In this document: positions 28,276 to 38,179 of the stretch, piece by piece
How positions within the stretch are numbered: position 1 is the stretch's first letter
How the letters are laid out: each line of letters opens with the position of its first letter
NCBI GenBank assembly: GCA_023461035.1
Contig: JAEWOD010000037.1
Coordinates: forward strand, 1,057-65,056
Reading direction: 5' to 3'
DNA: 64,000 nucleotides
From: Bacteroidota bacterium
GTDB lineage: Bacteria; Bacteroidota; Bacteroidia; Flavobacteriales; Weeksellaceae
The notes under the pieces: generated by a model
The model's input: the letters and a program-made list of their open reading frames with translations, nothing else
What the model was told of the DNA's origin: nothing
The model's database searches: none
Position numbers and translations under genes: made by a program

Positions 28276-28869
28276 ATGGAATTTTTTGATACTTCAACCA
28301 TCATGTCCTTTTTTTTGGGAATCGGACTGGCTGCATCAGCAGGATTCCGCGTTTTCTTACCTCTTTTTGCTTTGAGTCTGGGAGCGCATTTCGGAGCAGA
28401 TATCTTGAATTTGAATGAAAGTTGGCAATGGGTAGGCAGCTGGCCGGCGATGATTACGCTGGGCGTGGCTACTTTGATTGAAATCGCTGCTTATTATATT
28501 CCGGTAGTGGACAATTTATTGGATTCGATAGCCGTACCTCTGGCAGCGATTGCCGGAACGGTTTTGATGGGCTCTACCCTTTTGGACATGGGCGAAGTAG
28601 CTACCTGGGCGCTCGCTATCATCGCCGGAGGCGGAACAGCCGCCGCCGTGAGTGGGACTACAGCCGCTACACGAGCCGTCTCGACGGGAACCACCGGAGG
28701 AACGGGAAATTTTCTGGTTAACACAGGCGAAACCGCCGCCGCATCCGTTCTGAGTGTTACTTCATTTATCTGGGCTCCGCTTGCTTTTATTTTGGTGTTG
28801 ATCACGCTTTATTTGGTATATCGGCTTTGGAAGAAAAGCCGTAATTTTTTTACCGAAAAAGAAATTTAA
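28276..28869 (+). CDS. DUF4126 family membrane protein
   Basis: GIGLAASAGFRVFLPL, YYIPVVDNLLD and RAVSTGTTGG motifs. Confidence 0.85.
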   Translation: MEFFDTSTIMSFFLGIGLAASAGFRVFLPLFALSLGAHFGADILNLNESWQWVGSWPAMITLGVATLIEIAAYYIPVVDNLLDSIAVPLAAIAGTVLMGSTLLDMGEVATWALAIIAGGGTAAAVSGTTAATRAVSTGTTGGTGNFLVNTGETAAASVLSVTSFIWAPLAFILVLITLYLVYRLWKKSRNFFTEKEI

Positions 28870-29285
28870 CGCTGTCTTTCAATGAGTTATGTCTGATAGC
28901 AATTCTTTAACAATTTGGTAAAAAAGATTTGCTTTTGACTATGAATAATTGATTACATTTGTTCCGGTTAAAATTGAAAGATACGACTGAAACAAATTCA
29001 CCTCTCTTTTATATATTCAATTTCTCCTAATCAACTTCCCCCATTTTTTCTGTTTTTTTCTTTTATTTTCATTTGAAATTTATTCATTTTCAGCAAAAAT
29101 CAATTGTTAAAATTGAGAAAAATCCAACTAAAATTCGTAGATTTCTCTTGCTCTTTCCATCTTATCCGGAATTTTAAATAGTGTGAACCCCTAATTCTAA
29201 CTATTTCATAATCTATTCTTAATCATTTAGAAAGAAGTAATAGATAGTTTTGCTTATTAAGTGTAATTAATTAAACCTAACCCAT

Positions 29286-32200
29286 ATGAGAAATTACTAC
29301 TTGATTCTGATATTTCAACTGACATTCTGCGCTGCATGGGCACAAACACAACCTATCGACTATTTCCGTAGCAAAGCCGCCGGGCCCGCCGGATGGAACG
29401 ATAGTTCTTCCTGGGAATCATCATCCGATGGATCTACCAATTGGATAGATGCAACACTTTTTCCTGATGCCGATGCCGCAAGTGTAGAAATAATTTCAGG
29501 ACATACAATAGAAATTAACAGTCCGAATGTATCGATTAACAACACAAACGTATTTGGAAATTTGGTAGTGAAAGACAATGATTTTGAACTTCATGGCATT
29601 GACTATACTTTGACTATAGCAGGAGACGGAACATTTGTCGTCGACGGAAGCGCAAAACCTACTTCAGGAAGTACGGGACAAGCACTGATTGAAACCGGTG
29701 GTATTTTTAAAGTGATTTCATTTTCCGGCTCAAATAATTTGGTGTCCAATTATCTACACGTTGGTAGTAGTAGTAATAAATTCAAATTTGCACATCATTC
29801 CATTTTTGACTGGGACTCAAACAATACTTTAGGTTCATCTGACTTTAATGAAATTTTCGATGTACTCAATCCGGGTGATTTGGTTATTTTTAAAATGACA
29901 CAAACTTTCTCCCCAACACCTTATGGCAGTGGAACTACTAATCATTTTCATGCCCTGCTTGATTTACCGGATGACCGAGAATTGAGGCTGCAAGGTGATG
30001 GAGACAAAATTTTTGAAGGCGGAATCAGAGGAGAAGGGACTCTGAATATTATATATAACACCGGTAACGGAAAACTTGTTTTCGGATATAGTTCTTCTCC
30101 AACAGCCACGCTCGGAAGCAACGGAAATTTAATTCTGAATGTTCCGCACAATAAACTGGAGCTGGAAAACATAGAAGTTCCTATTGATGCTTATGTCAGC
30201 ATTTCAAGCAATGGAACCTCAACTCCCAATACTATCGAACGAACTGCTAATAATCTGGAAATCAACGGCACACTCGACATCACCAATTTGCGTATTACCA
30301 ACACAGCTGACGGCGAAATTTCTGTCAACAACGGCGGCACCATCCGAACCCGAAATATAGGCGGATTATTCGGTGGCGGATCTGCTATAGTGAATGAAGC
30401 AAAACTTATGTTGCAGAACGGAAGTACAGTCGAATATTACGCTACACAAAATCAAAACATCAGCAGCGGAAAAACTTATTATCACCTCATTTTTTCCGGA
30501 TCGGGAACTAAAACACCTCAAAACCAAACCGATGTCCATACCGATGGTTCCATAACCATCACCGGAACGCCAATTCTGGATTATTCAACACGAAATCTGG
30601 GTTTAACAGAATACAACAATACCAATTTCACTATGGACGGCGGAAAACTAATCATCGGAACCAGCGGAACCCAACCGCGCCCCGGCGCCAGTTATTCCAT
30701 CACGGGTGGCGAAATTGAATTCACCGGAAATTCCAATACTCACATTAAAGTTTCTCCCATTTATAATAACATCATTATTTCCGGAGCTAATAAATCACCC
30801 GGCGGAAGAAATTTCAGGATTCTCAACCAACTTTTTGTTACATCCAGCGGAGAACTTACCATTCCGGCCTCCACCGACACCGAAACTCCTTTTGTTTTAA
30901 ATGTTTTCAACGGCATTTCTGTCGAACCCGATGGAATATTACAGCTCGAAAACAACGCCCTGCTGATGCAGAATCCGGGAGCTGTCAATTCCGGAAACAT
31001 CACACAGCTAAGAAATGCCATCGTTCCATCCATCCAATATAATTTCTGGTCCTCGCCGGTTTCCAATCAGAATTTGTATGATTTGTATCCCGACATTCCG
31101 GATAACCGCGTGATGGTTTACAATACAGAAACCGATTTTTATGACATCATCCCACATAATCCCGGCAATCCGCCAAAATTCCAATTCGGTGTCGGATATT
31201 CCATCAAAGGTCCTTCCTCCAATTTTCCGGAAGATGAAGATGGAAACACCGATGTTACCGCAACTTTCATCGGAACGCCGCATAACGAATCTATTAACCC
31301 TGCGGAAAATCGAATTTCCCTTTCAACTGCAGGTCAAGGCTTTAATCTGATCGGGAATCCCTATCCGTCTAATCTCGATTTGAAACTCTTAAATGATGCA
31401 GCTGTCAATGCGGAAAAAATAGCACAGGCAACTTTCTATTTTTGGGACAATACGGACAATGATGATCTGTACCAACAGGGTTCTGAATATGAAAACCAAA
31501 ACTTTGCCATTTACAACGCCAGCGGAATCGGAACCGGAATTTGCGCCCCCCGATTTGGGACGACAGGTAAAAAGCCAAACGGCATCATCAAACCCGGACA
31601 AGGATTTATCGTTCAGGCGGCTACAACAGCCGACTTCCTGGAAGTAAACAATGCGATGCGCACTTCAGACATTCAGCGAAACGGCGATTATGCTCCTTAT
31701 TTTAAAAACGGAAATTCTTTTGAAGTAAATGATGAAATGCAAAGAACCGATCAATTCTGGCTGGAGCTCATCAATCCAAATGAACTCCACATCCAAACCG
31801 CTGTCGGCTATTTTGAACAGGCGGAAAATACATTTGAAGTTTATGACTCCGAAATCATGAGCGAATCAGTTTCTGATAATATCTATTCCCTCAGCCATGA
31901 CAATGTCAAACTGGCGATCCAAGGTAGAAAAGGAATTTTCCATGATGACGATGAGATTCCACTCGGTGTGAAATCATTTGAACATGGTAAATACAAAATC
32001 CAATTGGAAGAAATCAAAGGCATTTTTATCAGCTATCAGGATATCTATCTGAAAGATAAAGTTCTAAACGTCATTCATAATTTATCAGAAGACGGTGCTT
32101 ATGAATTTGAAGCGCCGGAAGGTGTACATGAAGACCGTTTTGAAATCGTATTCAAGGATGGCTCTATCACTTCCGGCCCTATTCTGACTACTTCCGGCCA

Positions 32201-32432
32201 AAATAAAATCAATATCCTGAAACGCGATAACCAAATCGAAATCAGTTCGTCACTTGATAAAATCACGGAAGTGGAAATTTTTGATCTTTCCGGTTGGCCG
32301 GTTTACAAAAATACCCAGGTAAACAGTAACAGTTTAAAAGTTCCGGCTAAGTTGTTCAACAACCAGATCATAATAGTAAAAGTACAGACCGAAACCGGAG
32401 AAGTCGTTTCCAAAAAATTGGTAAACAAATAA
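29286..32432 (+). CDS. Large secreted T9SS cargo protein (1048 aa)
   Basis: Signal peptide ending AWAQ; FWSSPV, NLIGNPYPS and KPGQGFIV motifs; C-terminal IFDLSG...IIVKVQTETG...SKKLV sorting domain. Confidence 0.85.
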   Translation: MRNYYLILIFQLTFCAAWAQTQPIDYFRSKAAGPAGWNDSSSWESSSDGSTNWIDATLFPDADAASVEIISGHTIEINSPNVSINNTNVFGNLVVKDNDFELHGIDYTLTIAGDGTFVVDGSAKPTSGSTGQALIETGGIFKVISFSGSNNLVSNYLHVGSSSNKFKFAHHSIFDWDSNNTLGSSDFNEIFDVLNPGDLVIFKMTQTFSPTPYGSGTTNHFHALLDLPDDRELRLQGDGDKIFEGGIRGEGTLNIIYNTGNGKLVFGYSSSPTATLGSNGNLILNVPHNKLELENIEVPIDAYVSISSNGTSTPNTIERTANNLEINGTLDITNLRITNTADGEISVNNGGTIRTRNIGGLFGGGSAIVNEAKLMLQNGSTVEYYATQNQNISSGKTYYHLIFSGSGTKTPQNQTDVHTDGSITITGTPILDYSTRNLGLTEYNNTNFTMDGGKLIIGTSGTQPRPGASYSITGGEIEFTGNSNTHIKVSPIYNNIIISGANKSPGGRNFRILNQLFVTSSGELTIPASTDTETPFVLNVFNGISVEPDGILQLENNALLMQNPGAVNSGNITQLRNAIVPSIQYNFWSSPVSNQNLYDLYPDIPDNRVMVYNTETDFYDIIPHNPGNPPKFQFGVGYSIKGPSSNFPEDEDGNTDVTATFIGTPHNESINPAENRISLSTAGQGFNLIGNPYPSNLDLKLLNDAAVNAEKIAQATFYFWDNTDNDDLYQQGSEYENQNFAIYNASGIGTGICAPRFGTTGKKPNGIIKPGQGFIVQAATTADFLEVNNAMRTSDIQRNGDYAPYFKNGNSFEVNDEMQRTDQFWLELINPNELHIQTAVGYFEQAENTFEVYDSEIMSESVSDNIYSLSHDNVKLAIQGRKGIFHDDDEIPLGVKSFEHGKYKIQLEEIKGIFISYQDIYLKDKVLNVIHNLSEDGAYEFEAPEGVHEDRFEIVFKDGSITSGPILTTSGQNKINILKRDNQIEISSSLDKITEVEIFDLSGWPVYKNTQVNSNSLKVPAKLFNNQIIIVKVQTETGEVVSKKLVNK

Positions 32433-32434
32433 AA

Positions 32435-32692
32435 ATGAAGAAGATCCTAATGTTTGTAGTATTGTTCAGCCCGATTGGATTTGGACAGCAGTTTTTCGAA
32501 AGCGATGAGCCGGAATACCGGGAAGGCGGAGAAACAAATACTTCTGTTTTCCAGCCGGCTTCCGGATACCAAGAGCCCGATCAGGGTTTGGATGGACCGG
32601 GGAATGGAGGAGATCCTCGTGCTCCCATCGACAACTGGTTGTTCCTTTTGCCGTTGGCAGCGATAGGTATCGGATGCTATTTCCTCAAATGA
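32435..32692 (+). CDS. Small PID-CTERM-like peptide (signal peptide, Pro/Gly/acidic linker, APID, TM helix)
   Basis: ...GPGNGGDPRAPIDNWLFLLPLAAIGIGCYFLK; starts 2 nt after the T9SS gene. Confidence 0.75.
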   Translation: MKKILMFVVLFSPIGFGQQFFESDEPEYREGGETNTSVFQPASGYQEPDQGLDGPGNGGDPRAPIDNWLFLLPLAAIGIGCYFLK

Positions 32693-32714
32693 AAACCAAA
32701 AACTGTATAAGTAT

Positions 32715-32748
32715 AAAATCCGTTTCTGAAAATGAAGCGGATTTTTTT
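32715..32748 (+). terminator. Intrinsic terminator closing the T9SS-PID operon
   Basis: aaaatccgtttc-7nt-gaagcggatttt followed by a T run. Confidence 0.75.
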
Positions 32749-32759
32749 GTTAACCACTG

Positions 32760-32937
32760 GTCATTGCGAGTAGAATAAATGGAGCGTGGCCGTCATTGCG
32801 AGCATAGTGTAACGGAGCGTGGCAATCCAACTCATAAATACCGGGATTGCTTCGTCATTCCGTTGCACTTCATTTCTCGTAATAACAAACCTTATGACTC
32901 TAAAACACTCAAAACTCCTCAACTCAAAACTCTAAAA
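32760..32937 (+). repeat. Composite repeat family B, second copy (duplicated left arm)
   Basis: gtcattgcgag at 32760 and 32792, ggcaatcc...gattgcttcgtcattccgtt...ctcgtaataac, then ttatgactct and ACTC arrays. Confidence 0.8.
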
Positions 32938-33013
32938 ATCAATTGCTTTGGGATTCTCTGTGCCTGCTTTGGGATTCTTTGCGGTAAAAAGAAGCTTTGA
33001 CCAAAATCCAATT

Positions 33014-34369
33014 TCAATTATCAAAAACCTCTTTGAAATCCATTCCTCCAAAATTAGCCGAACTCATCATCAGAAAAACTTTCCCGGATTTGTCTATTAA
33101 ATCCAGATACGCTTTGAGTTCGTTGGAAGAAGTAAAAACCTGAATGGTTGGATCACCAAAAGCTTCTTTTATGTCGGACGGAGAAATCGGCTCCATGCGT
33201 TTGATAGCAACGGCTTCGGGATTATAATACACGATTTTTTCATCGGCTTTATCCAGTGCGCCTTTGTATTCCGATAAAAATTCGGGATTCAAACTGCTAT
33301 AAGTATGCAATTCCAAACAAGCGATCAGTTTTTTATGGTCAAATTGCTCTTTGACCGCATGGGTCGTCGAAACCACTTTGCTGGGCGCATGCGCAAAATC
33401 TTTATAGGCCACAAATTCAGAAGTTCTGTTGATCAATTCCAAACGTTTGGAAGCACCTTTAAAGGTTTGGATGGCCTCATAAAAGTCATCATCCATCACA
33501 CCCAATTGGTTACAAATCAAACGGGCTCCTTCCAGATTATTCAGGTTGTGTTTCCCGAAAACTTCCAACGGAATAGGACCGTCTTCGGTTTCTAAAAAAG
33601 AAATACCGTCTTCGATGGCGTATTTCGGGGTTTGATAGGGGAATTTTTTAAATGCTTTCTCCGAATTCTCTACGACTTTTACCACATTCTCGTCTTCGGA
33701 ATTATAAATCAAAGCACCGCCGCTTGTGATGGAATCGACAAATAATTCAAACTGATGTACATAATTTTCAAACGTCGGAAAAACGTTCACATGGTCCCAG
33801 GCGATTCCACTGATCAAAGCGATATTGGGTTGATATAAAAGGATTTTGGGTCTTCTGTCCAGCGTGGAAGAAAGATATTCGTCTCCTTCCATCACCATGA
33901 AATCGTTTTCTTCTGTCAATTTTACCATGACATCAAATCCTTCCAACTGCGCACCCACCATATAATCCACTTCCTTTCCGTGAAAATGCAAAACGTGCAA
34001 AACCATAGAAGTAATCGTGGTTTTCCCATGCGAACCGGCAATCACAACACGCGTTTTATCTTTGGATTGTTCATATAAATATTCGGGATAAGAATAAATT
34101 TTCAATCCCAATTCTTGCGCTTTTATCATTTCGGGATTATCGGCATGCGCATGCATACCAAGGATAACCGCATCGAGGTCGGCTGTTATTTTTTCAGGAA
34201 ACCAACCGTTTTGTTCGGGCAATAAACCTCTTTGTTTCAAACGGGTGGCTGACGGCTCAAAAATAGCGTCATCTGAACCGGTCACCTTATATCCTTTTTC
34301 ATGAAGTGCTATCGCCAAATTATGCATGGCACTCCCGCCTATCGCAATGAAGTGTACTTTTTTCATCAA
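33014..34369 (-). CDS. Mur ligase family protein (Mpl/MurC-like murein peptide ligase)
   Basis: HFIAIGGSAM, AGSHGKTT, EGDEY, WDH and DFAHAP motifs. Confidence 0.88.
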   Translation of the reverse strand: MMKKVHFIAIGGSAMHNLAIALHEKGYKVTGSDDAIFEPSATRLKQRGLLPEQNGWFPEKITADLDAVILGMHAHADNPEMIKAQELGLKIYSYPEYLYEQSKDKTRVVIAGSHGKTTITSMVLHVLHFHGKEVDYMVGAQLEGFDVMVKLTEENDFMVMEGDEYLSSTLDRRPKILLYQPNIALISGIAWDHVNVFPTFENYVHQFELFVDSITSGGALIYNSEDENVVKVVENSEKAFKKFPYQTPKYAIEDGISFLETEDGPIPLEVFGKHNLNNLEGARLICNQLGVMDDDFYEAIQTFKGASKRLELINRTSEFVAYKDFAHAPSKVVSTTHAVKEQFDHKKLIACLELHTYSSLNPEFLSEYKGALDKADEKIVYYNPEAVAIKRMEPISPSDIKEAFGDPTIQVFTSSNELKAYLDLIDKSGKVFLMMSSANFGGMDFKEVFDN

Positions 34370-35181
34370 CTAAAAAAATCTTGAGGTTCGCGGTCTTCCA
34401 TGATTTCCTGTATAGGTTTCACCTTTAAAAATTCGGGAGATTGTTCGATAGCATCCATTATTTTTTTCATAATGACATCATAATCCTCGGTTTCAAAATC
34501 AAAAGTCAATGGCTCTTTAAAACGCATCGTGGCTTTTACACCTCTTTTTTTCATTTTCAATCCTTTTTTGTCAAATGCCCTTCGAAATCCGTCGATTACG
34601 ACCGGCACTACGATAGGATTGGTTTTTTTTACCAATAAGGCTGTCCCTCTCCTTCCCGGAGCAAAAGCGGTGGTGGTTCCTTGCGGAAAGGTTACAACCC
34701 AACCGTTTTCCAATGCTTTTTCGATATTGGTAATCTCCGAAACATCTACTTTGCGGTTGATGTCTTTTCCGGCATCCCGCCAGGTTCTTTTTACCATGAT
34801 GGCTCCTGTATAAGCAAATAATTTGGTGAGAAAATTATTTTTCATGGTTTCTTCTGCCGCGATATAATAGAAATCGGTTTTGGGATTTAAAAGATACACC
34901 GGATTTTTGATTGTATCCACAAATCCGTTTTTTACGCTACAAAACACATGGTACATTGCAAAAACATCTGCAAAATACGTTTGGTGATTGGAGACAAAAA
35001 GAACGTTGGTATTGGGTAAATTCACCAGATTTTTTGTGCCTGAAACTTTTAATTTATTAAAACCATTGTACCGGTTGTATGTAAATCCCCCGAAAAGAAA
35101 AATCAGCGATCTTTTGAGAAAATACAAATGACCAAAAGCATCTCTGTATACATTTTTCTTTACTGCCTTTTGTTTCGCCAT
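34366..35181 (-). CDS. Lysophospholipid (PlsC-like) acyltransferase; start probably MAKQK
   Basis: SNHQTYFAD (HxxxxD-type) and TFPQGT motifs. Confidence 0.85.
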   Translation of the reverse strand: MAKQKAVKKNVYRDAFGHLYFLKRSLIFLFGGFTYNRYNGFNKLKVSGTKNLVNLPNTNVLFVSNHQTYFADVFAMYHVFCSVKNGFVDTIKNPVYLLNPKTDFYYIAAEETMKNNFLTKLFAYTGAIMVKRTWRDAGKDINRKVDVSEITNIEKALENGWVVTFPQGTTTAFAPGRRGTALLVKKTNPIVVPVVIDGFRRAFDKKGLKMKKRGVKATMRFKEPLTFDFETEDYDVIMKKIMDAIEQSPEFLKVKPIQEIMEDREPQDFFS

Positions 35182-35329
35182 TCCTTTTTCCTTTATTAAA
35201 AATGAATACAAAAATACATAAATTTATGGAAGATTTAGGTCTGAGTTGTAGAGTAGTGAGTTGATGAGTACTTTCAATTTTGAATAAAATTTAAACAACT
35301 TCTCGTACTTCGTAAATCGTACATCCATA

Positions 35330-35962
35330 TCATCCCAGTTTTTCCAGCAAAGCACCGAATTCGCTTAAAATCATCGCGGTCGCTCCCCAGATATAGGCAT
35401 CTTCTCCCAGTTGATAACCCGGAATTTCTACCGTGTATTCTCCGAATTTCCGTTCAAAAGGAACAGCCTCTGCCTGTAAAAAAGCTTCTAAATCCAGTGG
35501 AATGATTTCGGCAACCTCCATTTCTTGCGGTGCAAATTCAGGCATTCCGTGATGAATTCCTATAAACGGATAAACCACAAAATTGCTGGGCGGAATGTAT
35601 AATTCCGTCAATTGTTTCAGGATTTCGATGTTTTCCTCTTCTACTCCCAATTCTTCCACTGTCTCCCTGATTGCTGTGTATGAAAGATTGATGTCTTCCG
35701 GCTCAAAGGAACCACCCGGAAGCGAAAATTGGTTGGAATGAACCCCATCATAAGTATGACGGAGCGTGACGGGAAAAACGATTTCGCCTTCTTCATTTTC
35801 GTACAATAAAATCATCACAGCCGCAATACGGGGATTGGTCTTTTTGATTTCTTCCAAATCGTATTTCTCCCTGTATGGAGGTGAAAGCAAGGATTGTGCA
35901 TCCCAGCCGGGAAGTTCGGATTCGTAGTTTTCCAGCTTCAATTGTAAATCGTCTAAATACAA
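35330..35962 (-). CDS. NUDIX hydrolase, CoA pyrophosphatase type
   Basis: HSNQFSLPGG, TAIRETVEELG and IWGATAMIL motifs; TACATTTG element at 35979-35986. Confidence 0.9.
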   Translation of the reverse strand: MYLDDLQLKLENYESELPGWDAQSLLSPPYREKYDLEEIKKTNPRIAAVMILLYENEEGEIVFPVTLRHTYDGVHSNQFSLPGGSFEPEDINLSYTAIRETVEELGVEEENIEILKQLTELYIPPSNFVVYPFIGIHHGMPEFAPQEMEVAEIIPLDLEAFLQAEAVPFERKFGEYTVEIPGYQLGEDAYIWGATAMILSEFGALLEKLG

Positions 35963-36029
35963 ATTCTCAAATTTTAAACAAATGTATGTAAGGTTGCCGC
36001 AACATCAAAAATACAATTGGTTTTTTTCA

Positions 36030-36222
36030 ACCCACGAAACGTTTTACCCACGATACGTTCCTATGGAACGATTGATGGAATCTCTTGTTCTTTCTACCCA
36101 CGAAACGTTCCTACGGAACGATTGATGGAATCTTTGCTTTTCTACCTACGAATTGTTCCTACGGAACAAGTATCTCAAAAATCTTATTTGGACGAACTTC
36201 GTACCTCTTACCTCGTACTTCA
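36030..36222 (-). repeat. Composite repeat family A, inverted copy
   Basis: Palindromes cgttcctatggaacg (36056), cgttcctacggaacg (36106) and ttgttcctacggaacaa (36153), then cttcgta/cctcgta heptamers. Confidence 0.85.
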
Positions 36223-36231
36223 TCAATCCGT

Positions 36232-37068
36232 TTATAATTTTTGCGTATAATAATTAAAATCTTTCATCACGGTATCGATGAATTCCGAATCGGGCTGGTC
36301 TGCCTGAACATCCATCACGGTTTCCAGTTTGGTTCTAAGTCGTTTGAGCGTTACCTGATCATTGTTTTTTCTGGCCAGGACAAATGTATCTTTTATGATT
36401 CGGGCATCGTTATCGGTCAACCGCATGACCTGACTGTAGCGTGGCACATAGGTGTCTTGTATTTCTTCCAAAATCGTAATGTCAATAGAATGTTTTTCTT
36501 TGACCTTTAAAACGGTAGTTCCGGCTACAATATCTCCCAAACGTTGGGAATTTCGGGTGCGCAGGATGAAAATAAAAGCCACTATGCCGGTCATCATCAT
36601 CATTAATCCTGAAAGAATATAAGCTGTTTCTTCGCCAAACATCGGGATGAAAAACAGGAGCATAAAACTTCCGGTCCAAAAATCAATGAACCGAAATGCC
36701 CATCGGGTGAAATATTCGGAAAATCCTGCCTTATATCCGTCCAGCTTTACCACTTTTATACGGCAAATCATTTTGCCAAATGTTTGTCCGTTGAACAGGA
36801 ATTCTGTCCAGAGCGAATAAAAAATGGCGGGAAACAAAAGAATGGTGTACACCATTCCCAAAAATTCCTGAACATCATAGTGTAACTCAGCGTCTTCATA
36901 AAAAGAAGTACTCGCGCCAAAAAGATCAAAAAATGCACGGGAAAGCAAATACACATAAACACTTATAAAAAAAATATCCAGCATAAATGCCAATATACGC
37001 CAACCCACTCCCGCATGTTGGACAGCTACATTGACATTTAAAGGTGTTTTTATTTTAATGAAATCCAT
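36232..37068 (-). CDS. RDD family membrane protein
   Basis: AGVGWRILAFMLD, GQTFGK and SQRLGDIVAGTTV motifs. Confidence 0.9.
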   Translation of the reverse strand: MDFIKIKTPLNVNVAVQHAGVGWRILAFMLDIFFISVYVYLLSRAFFDLFGASTSFYEDAELHYDVQEFLGMVYTILLFPAIFYSLWTEFLFNGQTFGKMICRIKVVKLDGYKAGFSEYFTRWAFRFIDFWTGSFMLLFFIPMFGEETAYILSGLMMMMTGIVAFIFILRTRNSQRLGDIVAGTTVLKVKEKHSIDITILEEIQDTYVPRYSQVMRLTDNDARIIKDTFVLARKNNDQVTLKRLRTKLETVMDVQADQPDSEFIDTVMKDFNYYTQKL

Positions 37069-37168
37069 ATTTTTTAACTCCCGATTAATAAAGGTTTCTC
37101 CAAAGCTACTATTATATCGACTAACTTTTTATATTTACAACTCTTTAAAATTCGTAAAATTATTTGCT

Positions 37169-38179
37169 TTGAGAGAAGCGGCATTCATCAAACAAAATAA
37201 AGAAAAATGGTTGGAATTTGAAAAATCATTGTACAACTCTTCCGAAAATAAACCGGAAAGATTGGCAGAACTGTTTATCCAGGTCAACAATGATTTAGCT
37301 TACGCCCAAACCTATTATCCAAAAAGCAATGTCATCAAATACCTGAATGCCATTACCGCAACGGCTTATCATAAAATTTACGGCAAGAAAAAATCGGGCA
37401 AAGGTTTCATGGGTTTCTGGACTTATGAAGTCCCCATGATCATGTACCAATACCGGAAATATTTTTATTTCTCGTTTTTAGTCTTCTTTTTGATGATTTT
37501 AATCGGCGTTTTTTCTTCCATTTATGAACCGGAATTTGTCAGATCCTTTCTGGGAGACCGATACGTAGACATGACGGAAGACAATATCCAAAACGGAGAT
37601 CCGCTGGCCGTTTATAATAACGAAACAAGTTTTGGCGATTTCAACAGTTTTTTCCGCATAGCTCTGAACAACTTACGTGTCGGCCTGATGTCTTTCCTAT
37701 ACGGGATTTTTGGTGGGGTCGGCTCGCTTTACTTTATGCTGGTAAACGGCATTATGGTCGGAAGTTTCCAGTATATGTTTTTTGAAAAAGGACATTTTTT
37801 TCTTTCTCTGCGCACCATCTGGATGCACGGAGCCATGGAAATGTTTGGAATGTGCATAGAAATAGGTGCCGGAATCCTGATGGGAACCAGTTATCTTTTT
37901 CCAGGAATTCTTACACGGAAACAAGCCTTTTTTCAAAAAGGAAAAGCAGCCTTAAAAATCGTCATCAGCACGATTCCTTTTACGATTTCGGCAGCTCTGA
38001 TTGAAGGTTATCTGACACAATATGCCAATGAAATGCCCATCCCGGTAGCCGGCTTAATTGTTTTGGGGACTTTGTGGTTTATTTCCTGGTATTATTTAAT
38101 TTATCCGCGAACTGTATTCAACCGAAATCAACGCGATTTTTCCTATCTATTAAAAGAAATCGGTCATGAAAAATCTTAA
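37169..38179 (+). CDS. Stage II sporulation protein M (SpoIIM) family membrane protein; probable TTG start
   Basis: (M)REAAFIKQNKEKW, DLAYAQTYYP, IALNNLRV, WMHGAME and AALIEG motifs; the ORF-track start at 37031 overlaps the RDD gene. Confidence 0.85.
   Translation: MREAAFIKQNKEKWLEFEKSLYNSSENKPERLAELFIQVNNDLAYAQTYYPKSNVIKYLNAITATAYHKIYGKKKSGKGFMGFWTYEVPMIMYQYRKYFYFSFLVFFLMILIGVFSSIYEPEFVRSFLGDRYVDMTEDNIQNGDPLAVYNNETSFGDFNSFFRIALNNLRVGLMSFLYGIFGGVGSLYFMLVNGIMVGSFQYMFFEKGHFFLSLRTIWMHGAMEMFGMCIEIGAGILMGTSYLFPGILTRKQAFFQKGKAALKIVISTIPFTISAALIEGYLTQYANEMPIPVAGLIVLGTLWFISWYYLIYPRTVFNRNQRDFSYLLKEIGHEKS

Noticed and set aside
28914..28933. Sigma-54 promoter upstream of the 1048-aa T9SS gene (TGGTA...TTGC)
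   Set aside because: GG-to-GC spacing is 12 nt rather than 10; TAnnTTTG elements at 28954-28961 and 29245-29252 explain the promoter better
4073..32692. Stop-codon reassignment suggested by the in-frame TAG (4073-4075) and TGA (32690-32692)
   Set aside because: Conserved genes here end normally at TAG (glgC, holA) and TGA (udk, metF), so these are isolated changes or errors
36030..36170. ~50-nt periodic palindromic repeats (also 22472-22618) as a CRISPR array
   Set aside because: Only three units, the intervening sequences at 36 kb are near-duplicates rather than unique spacers, and no cas genes are present; better explained as REP-like repeats
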